A stretch of 64,000 nt of DNA, taken from a virus. A model generated the notes under the pieces. That model was not told the origin of the DNA and did no database searches. It saw only the letters and a program-made list of their open reading frames with translations. Shown piece by piece: positions 58,957 through 64,000 of this stretch. The first letter of the stretch is position 1, and each line of letters opens with the position of its first letter. The translations under genes and the position numbers were made by a program. The DNA lies in the IMG/VR virus record IMGVR_UViG_3300047095_000292, positions 1 through 64,000 of that record; one strand, written 5' to 3'.

Positions 58957-59508
58957 TTATCGCTTTCGTAGTATAAATTCAATAGCACATTCAGGGCCGT
59001 CTATTGGCATCGTTTGGTCATTGAAGTTATTATGATCATAGCCAGCTTCCAAACGTAGAACACTAATAACATCTACAAGTTCACCTACGTTCTTTAACAT
59101 AGATAAGACGGCTATGGTGTGCTTAGTTGGGGTACGCTCCATCCTGAATGACCATTTGTGATCTGAGTTGAATCTACTAGGCCATGCATTGTGCTCATAC
59201 ATCTCTTCATCAGGAATAGTGACAACAATATAGCCACCAGGTTTACATATACGGATCCAGTTCCTAAGTGCAATATGTGGATCCTTCATATGTTCCAGGC
59301 AATGACTGCTATGCACGAATGAATATTGATTATCCTTTGCAGCCTTCATATATTGCGCATCACCATCCTTTAGATCCCAATTGTATGCGTCATAACCATG
59401 CTGAGATATACAGTCAGGACCAGCGCCAATATCAACGCCCTCCCCTGTAAAATACCTATCATTGTCAGCCTTGTATCTGCGTCTGATTGCCTTGGAAGCC
59501 TCATACAT
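58957..59508 (-). CDS. Class I SAM-dependent methyltransferase (type 11-like)
   Basis: GVDIGAG, FVHSSHCLEH, WIRICKPGGYIVVTIPD. Confidence 0.88.
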   Translation of the reverse strand: MYEASKAIRRRYKADNDRYFTGEGVDIGAGPDCISQHGYDAYNWDLKDGDAQYMKAAKDNQYSFVHSSHCLEHMKDPHIALRNWIRICKPGGYIVVTIPDEEMYEHNAWPSRFNSDHKWSFRMERTPTKHTIAVLSMLKNVGELVDVISVLRLEAGYDHNNFNDQTMPIDGPECAIEFILRKR

Positions 59509-59680
59509 CTCTTTTATCCTTTATAAATCCGATAGCCCTTAAATAGTTTTGACGAAGCTTTTCAAATTCCTCTAAGTCCTTTTTACTAGCAAGACATATT
59601 TCTTCATCACAGAAAGGGCCATCATCTCCTAGCTGAGATGCATGATAGATACAGCGATCATAATAACATTCAGTTGTCAT
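59501..59680 (-). CDS. Cys-rich hypothetical protein (59 aa)
   Basis: ECYYDRCIYH...GPFCDEEIC; overlaps both neighbours. Confidence 0.55.
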   Translation of the reverse strand: MTTECYYDRCIYHASQLGDDGPFCDEEICLASKKDLEEFEKLRQNYLRAIGFIKDKRDV

Positions 59681-59843
59681 TTCGCATACTTTCTATTGCA
59701 TCAGAAAGTCTGATAAGAAATTCAGAATGTGACATTTGATTTAATTGATTATCAATTTCAGTATCATACCATACAGGGCGTTCCTCATATCCTTGCCCTT
59801 GCCATTCTTCAAACTGATAGCGTACGGTTGCCTCTAGACTCAT
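59670..59843 (-). CDS. Hypothetical protein (57 aa)
   Basis: MSLEATVRYQFEEW...; ATGA overlap. Confidence 0.55.
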   Translation of the reverse strand: MSLEATVRYQFEEWQGQGYEERPVWYDTEIDNQLNQMSHSEFLIRLSDAIESMRNDN

Positions 59844-60118
59844 TTTATCACCTTAAGGTTTGCACTGCTAACAGGGCGTACTATTTCAGTACCTTCAATA
59901 AAGTAACAAGTACCCTCATTAAGATTCAGGATAAGTGGCTTAGCTTTATTTACATTCTCTTGTACTGTCTTAGAGTTCAATAAGTAGCTAGTAGGACTGA
60001 TCCTCATAAAGTAACCTGGTCTACGATTTCGAGTAAAGATCTGTCTTACAGATAAATCAGATGCTAGAATTTCTGTCTTGCCTTTTGGTTCGTTCTTTTT
60101 GATTGTCAGTACGCTCAT
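59840..60118 (-). CDS. Hypothetical protein (start MSVLTIKK)
   Basis: AAGGGA RBS before ATG 60118. Confidence 0.6.
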   Translation of the reverse strand: MSVLTIKKNEPKGKTEILASDLSVRQIFTRNRRPGYFMRISPTSYLLNSKTVQENVNKAKPLILNLNEGTCYFIEGTEIVRPVSSANLKVIK

Positions 60119-60230
60119 TTTGCTGTATCCCTTTGGTTGCTTGCTTACGTTTAACAGAGCACAGGCTATGATTAGCTGCGCTGCGATGCTTTCCACAGTA
60201 CTCACAGAGTGTTGTTGTATTGAACTTCAT
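60057..60230 (-). CDS. Small C2HC Zn-finger-like protein (57 aa)
   Basis: LCEYCGKHRSAANHSLCSVKR; AAGGAGGT RBS. Confidence 0.6.
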   Translation of the reverse strand: MKFNTTTLCEYCGKHRSAANHSLCSVKRKQATKGIQQNERTDNQKERTKRQDRNSSI

Positions 60231-60555
60231 TGCTACCTCCTTTAAGTGACATCACTAGATTCACGACGTCTAATGATGTCAATTAAAGGCCCTACAACAC
60301 TCTTTAGAATGTGTAGGGCAATTAATCCATAATCTTTTAAACTTATTCCCTTGCGGGTGTAAAGTCTAATAGTCATTATGATAACTATGTGCTAACGTTG
60401 CGTTAGCGAAAGGTGAGTGTTTTCTATAAAGCTTCAGAAGGGAGGAGACTTCAGCAATATATGGATTACACACAACCAATAAGGAAAGCCTATATCATGC
60501 TTGTTTATCAAAGATAGCTTAAGCATGACACAGGACTTATATCCTTAGTGGTTTC

Positions 60556-61167
60556 TTAAGCAGCCTTCTTAGCAGCAGCTTTCGCATCGGCCTTAGCTTT
60601 TGCACGCTTAGCTTGGTAAGCCTCAAATACAGCACCGCCAGCCTTCTTAGCAGCTTGATACTCTTCCAGACCACCACCGGCAGGAGCTTGACGCTTCTCA
60701 ACGCCAGCCTCGTAAGCCTCTTCAATCTTTTCACGATTGGCAATGATCCACTTAGCTGCATTAGCATCAGCCAGAGCAGTTAGTGCAGCCATCGTAGCAG
60801 CAGCCTTTTCTTCATCCTTCATACGCTTGACAGAAGGCCAACGGAAGGAATCAAGAACTGCAGCAGCATTGTCTTGAATGAAACGCAGCTTGTTATCAGT
60901 GATAGTAGCAAGATGTGCAAGTGCCTTCTCTAGCTTGTTCTTTTCAGCCTTAGTTACACGAGCAACAGTACCAACTTCGAAACTCTTCATGATCTCATCT
61001 TCGTTCTCATACAGGAACGTAGCAAGATTAGCATCACCACCAGCAACCTTCTTCAGAGCGGCCTCGACCATTGGCTTACGCAGATAGTCACGAGCTTCCG
61101 TAACAGTGCTGAACCATTTGCCATCAGGAGTCATAACGCCTTTTTGAAGTTGAAGATTGTTTGACAT
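60556..61167 (-). CDS. Highly expressed hypothetical protein with Ala/Lys-rich histone-like tail
   Basis: KRAKAKADAKAAAKKAA C-terminus; strong codon bias; after motif A copy 5. Confidence 0.75.
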   Translation of the reverse strand: MSNNLQLQKGVMTPDGKWFSTVTEARDYLRKPMVEAALKKVAGGDANLATFLYENEDEIMKSFEVGTVARVTKAEKNKLEKALAHLATITDNKLRFIQDNAAAVLDSFRWPSVKRMKDEEKAAATMAALTALADANAAKWIIANREKIEEAYEAGVEKRQAPAGGGLEEYQAAKKAGGAVFEAYQAKRAKAKADAKAAAKKAA

Positions 61168-61213
61168 AGCTTTTATTTCCTTTTAATATAATTAAATACG
61201 GTACACGATGTTG

Positions 61214-61243
61214 TGTACCATATAAGATACCCCGTATTGCACA
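61214..61243 (-). promoter_or_regulatory. Phage promoter-like motif A, copy 5
   Basis: TGTGCAATACGGGGTATCTTATATGGTACA. Confidence 0.65.
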
Positions 61244-61341
61244 ATTGCAGTACTAGGGTTAAAACGCCAACCGTCCTCCAGTTGGATTACAAACGGCCTT
61301 TTCAGACCAATTTTTATATCATTAATTTTGCTAGGTGTATT

Positions 61342-61845
61342 TTAATTACAACGCAGAAACTCACCCTGCACCTTTTCAGCAGCGGATACCCAGGCTTTAT
61401 ATGCCTCAACCTCATCAGTAAATACTCCTAAATATTTAGTAGTACCTCCTATCGAAATAGATGCCTGCCATTTCTTAATATCCTTTCTCCAATATATTCC
61501 TTTCAGCTTGCTAGAACAGTCTTTAAACTTTCCGCGATTTCGCAAGTTCTCAGAGCGTGTAGCCAACCTCAGATTTTCTATTCGGTTGTCGGATAAGTCA
61601 TTATTTATATGATCTATATCACCTTCATACTGCCCATTATGATATAGCCAGATAAATCTATGTAGGGCTGCTTTAACACCTTTAAAGTTCATTGCTTTAT
61701 ATCCGTTGCCCATGACATACGTACCGCCACAGACTTCGCCTATCTTGCAAGTTGCCTTATCTTTTATCCAAAAAAGAACACCGTTATCATATCTGGTGTA
61801 TTCTCTTAACTCTTCCTTGGTGATATCTTTAAATTTTTTCTTCAA
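61342..61845 (-). CDS. HNH-AP2 endonuclease (TTG start)
   Basis: HRFIW, IDHINNDLSDNRIENLR, KGIYWRKDIKKWQASI; AAGGAG RBS. Confidence 0.88.
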   Translation of the reverse strand: MKKKFKDITKEELREYTRYDNGVLFWIKDKATCKIGEVCGGTYVMGNGYKAMNFKGVKAALHRFIWLYHNGQYEGDIDHINNDLSDNRIENLRLATRSENLRNRGKFKDCSSKLKGIYWRKDIKKWQASISIGGTTKYLGVFTDEVEAYKAWVSAAEKVQGEFLRCN

Positions 61846-61911
61846 AGTATCTCCTTTAATTGTGCGCCACGGTTCCAGCTTTTGCGTTTCTGGGCTTCCA
61901 CTTTTGTAGGA

Positions 61912-62002
61912 CACTTGCCCCTGCCTGACCGCCAGTTGCCTCACCTTGCCCCAACCTGCTACCCTGCCGGTGCACGCCTGTCGCACCCGCCAGACCTCCG
62001 GA
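61912..62002 (-). repeat. Degenerate pentameric NNNGG repeat tract
   Basis: GGCAGGGTAGCAGGTTGGGGCAAGGTGAGGCAACTGGCGGTCAGGCAGGGGCAAG. Confidence 0.65.
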
Positions 62003-62401
62003 CTAACCAAATACGATATTCATTTGATTATCTTTTGCAGCCTTAAGCATCATTATCAATGTATCAAGCCTTCGTAAAACATATTGCGAATCCCTACCAC
62101 AATCAATAAAGTTTCCAACACGAGTTGTTGCCTTTTCGAAATGATCCTTCTCTCGTGTATTGCGTATTTTAGTTACTTTACGCAGAACCTTACTGATCTT
62201 ATCCTGCTCCCACTTACCATATAGCTCATTTGCTTCCTTATACTGCCCTAGAAGGATGAGTAAATCTGCTGCATTTACATTTGAAAGATTCATTTCATAG
62301 AATCCCTCGCATGGTCTTGTATCCCACCACTCAGGCTCATTATTTGGATCAGGTTGATAACGTTCCGTTGGTGCACCTTCAATGTGAAACGTTATGCTCA
62401 T
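62003..62401 (-). CDS. Hypothetical protein
   Basis: 132 aa; EMNLSNVNAADLLILLG; GGAGG RBS. Confidence 0.7.
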   Translation of the reverse strand: MSITFHIEGAPTERYQPDPNNEPEWWDTRPCEGFYEMNLSNVNAADLLILLGQYKEANELYGKWEQDKISKVLRKVTKIRNTREKDHFEKATTRVGNFIDCGRDSQYVLRRLDTLIMMLKAAKDNQMNIVFG

Positions 62402-62745
62402 CGTACCTCCGTTGCGTTACGGGAATCTAGCTGACCCTCTGGTAGTACATTATGTGCACCCCAAATAGTTTCAGCATCCATAAATACAGACTGTGGATGG
62501 TCATCGATCCAGATGCTAGGGTGAATACCTAAATTAGCCATGAAAGGCTTCTTAGCCATGCGACCTGTAAAGAACACATTTTCTTCACCAATGAAACTGA
62601 GAAACTTAGGATCAATTCCTTCTGATTGGTAACGCATTGTAACTGCTACAATACGATGATCCCGCATCTCAGCTGTAAAGATGAAGCGTTCCCATAGAGC
62701 CGGATCTTCTGTAAATGTACCATCATAATCAAGTGCTATGATCAT
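62398..62745 (-). CDS. HAD-superfamily hydrolase (minimal)
   Basis: IALDYDGT, VTMR, IWIDD. Confidence 0.85.
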   Translation of the reverse strand: MIIALDYDGTFTEDPALWERFIFTAEMRDHRIVAVTMRYQSEGIDPKFLSFIGEENVFFTGRMAKKPFMANLGIHPSIWIDDHPQSVFMDAETIWGAHNVLPEGQLDSRNATEVR

Positions 62746-63326
62746 GCAGCTTCTCCAAATGATAAAATTGTTGCATGCATTGTAGGTACTCTTTCTTGCC
62801 TTTGTTTAGCCCGAATAGAGGCCTGTGCGGGTGATTGCAAGCGTATAATCTGTTCAAGCAATGTTGCTACCTCTTGCGGTTCAACGATTAATTCCTTTGC
62901 TGGAGGCTTTTCAAGGGCAGTGAATAGTGGCAATTCAGATAGCCTCATTTCATGCATACTAAATTCCATCATAGTCGGTCTAGTGTCTGCCCACGCATTG
63001 AAGGTGGGCATTAACCCTGGATCGCTAACTCTGAACATGATATCACTAGCTGCTTGTATTACAGTGAAGTCAGGACCATTCCAACGTTGCTCGTACTTGT
63101 CTCGAAAGTCATTGAAACGATCTCGTTCCATGTACCTATAGTACTCTTTACTAATAGCAAGCATCTTCAGATTTGATGCGGGATGATACAGGAGCAGACG
63201 CTTCTCTTCCCTGTAAATATCATCTTCCAAGGATATTTTCCAACCACTGCGCCCTAAGGCAACAGTGGTGGTCTCCCATCCTGCAAAGTAGACAGGGCAG
63301 GGCGGATTAACCTGTAGGAGCGCCAT
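62742..63326 (-). CDS. Hypothetical protein
   Basis: 194-aa ORF coupled to neighbours. Confidence 0.7.
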   Translation of the reverse strand: MALLQVNPPCPVYFAGWETTTVALGRSGWKISLEDDIYREEKRLLLYHPASNLKMLAISKEYYRYMERDRFNDFRDKYEQRWNGPDFTVIQAASDIMFRVSDPGLMPTFNAWADTRPTMMEFSMHEMRLSELPLFTALEKPPAKELIVEPQEVATLLEQIIRLQSPAQASIRAKQRQERVPTMHATILSFGEAA

Positions 63327-63860
63327 TTATTGCGGCCATTCTATATGTTGCCATGTCCGTCCTTTCTGTATTTGGTAAATAGCACCCCGATGTACTCCAA
63401 ACTCTCTTGCAATATCGGGAATATGCTCTCCGGCCGCAATTAGACCTTTTATGATCCTTACGCTTGCATCAGTTAGTTTCGCTGTTGCGTTTTGCTCACC
63501 GACTCCATGTAGACCGCTTTCAATAGCATGTGTCCTGTTCTCCTCGCCTGTCATCCAGACTAATGAGCAAGCCCGATTATCAGACTTGTCTATTCGTCCT
63601 TCAGAGTCAACACCAATATGACCTACCTCAGGTTTGTTACCAGGGTTAGGAATAAATGCAATCGCTACTAATCTGTTCACACGGTGCGTTGCATGATTCT
63701 CGCCTAAGCCAATACCTACATTTAAGTAGCCTTCATTATTTGCGATTAGCTTAAGTATGCGACTCTTTTTAAACTTTGTATCAGGACTCTTGACTCTACC
63801 GAGGGTTGAGACGAAATAACCGTCTATTATATGGCGCCACTCTTCTGTTAGCTCTGCCAT
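63327..63860 (-). CDS. Free-standing NUMOD4/HNH-like endonuclease with C-terminal HTH
   Basis: EEWRHI...YFVSTLGRVKS, NRLVAIAFIPNP, GRTWQHI; atypical HNH loop. Confidence 0.8.
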   Translation of the reverse strand: MAELTEEWRHIIDGYFVSTLGRVKSPDTKFKKSRILKLIANNEGYLNVGIGLGENHATHRVNRLVAIAFIPNPGNKPEVGHIGVDSEGRIDKSDNRACSLVWMTGEENRTHAIESGLHGVGEQNATAKLTDASVRIIKGLIAAGEHIPDIAREFGVHRGAIYQIQKGRTWQHIEWPQ

Positions 63861-63864
63861 AATA

Positions 63865-64000
63865 TTAACCTGCGAATGAACCGTCGGAGATACTCTGCTG
63901 TAGGTCCTCGATTTCACGCTCAATGTTACGTACGATACTCTTCGCAGCATCAAGTTCGCGAAGTTTCTTTACAAGTGCAGTTGTAGCCTTCTTTGCCTTT
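63865..64000 (-). CDS. Partial coiled-coil protein (truncated by window edge)
   Basis: ...KAKKATTALVKKLRELDAAKSIVRNIEREIEDLQQSISDGSFAG*. Confidence 0.55.
   Translation of the reverse strand, partial: KAKKATTALVKKLRELDAAKSIVRNIEREIEDLQQSISDGSFAG

Noticed and set aside
61846-62010. N-terminal extension of the HNH ORF 61342..62010
   Set aside because: The extension translates the G-rich repeat tract; a strong RBS precedes TTG 61845
330-63141. Plus-strand ORFs in the track (e.g. 18020..18835, 23975..24514, 330..752)
   Set aside because: Antisense shadows of well-supported minus-strand genes, with no recognisable motifs

Overview
This 64-kb window comes from a tailed dsDNA bacteriophage genome of siphovirus type. 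It is mostly AT-rich, and essentially all credible genes are on the minus strand. Read in transcription order (right to left), it holds: small early/middle genes including HNH nucleases, methyltransferases, a deaminase and a ubiquitin-like protein (64-52.3 kb); a strong terminator, a late-promoter-like 24-mer and an AT-rich repeat (52.3-51.9 kb); membrane proteins and the terminase subunits; head-accessory proteins; portal; a split gene; scaffold, major capsid and neck genes; tail tube, frameshifted tail chaperones and a 2706-aa tape measure; tail tip and fibres; a GC-richer adhesin/methyltransferase cassette; lysis genes; and more small genes. The main finding is the gene in the MuF/SPP1-gp7 minor-head slot between portal and scaffold. 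It is a MuF domain fused to a T7-family single-subunit RNA polymerase, interrupted by four group I introns. Hand splicing at U-G P1 sites and terminal G residues gives one 1539-aa frame and restores motifs B and C and the HS-ND segment, suggesting a virion-packaged RNA polymerase. Two phage-specific promoter-like motifs recur (5 and 2 copies). Other notable items are a multiubiquitin-like protein ending in Arg instead of Gly, a cupin-SET domain gene coupled to the central tail fibre, a CmoB-like/CmoA-like double methyltransferase, and a tape measure whose repeated motif brackets enzyme domains. All protein assignments come from motif recognition by eye; no database search was run.
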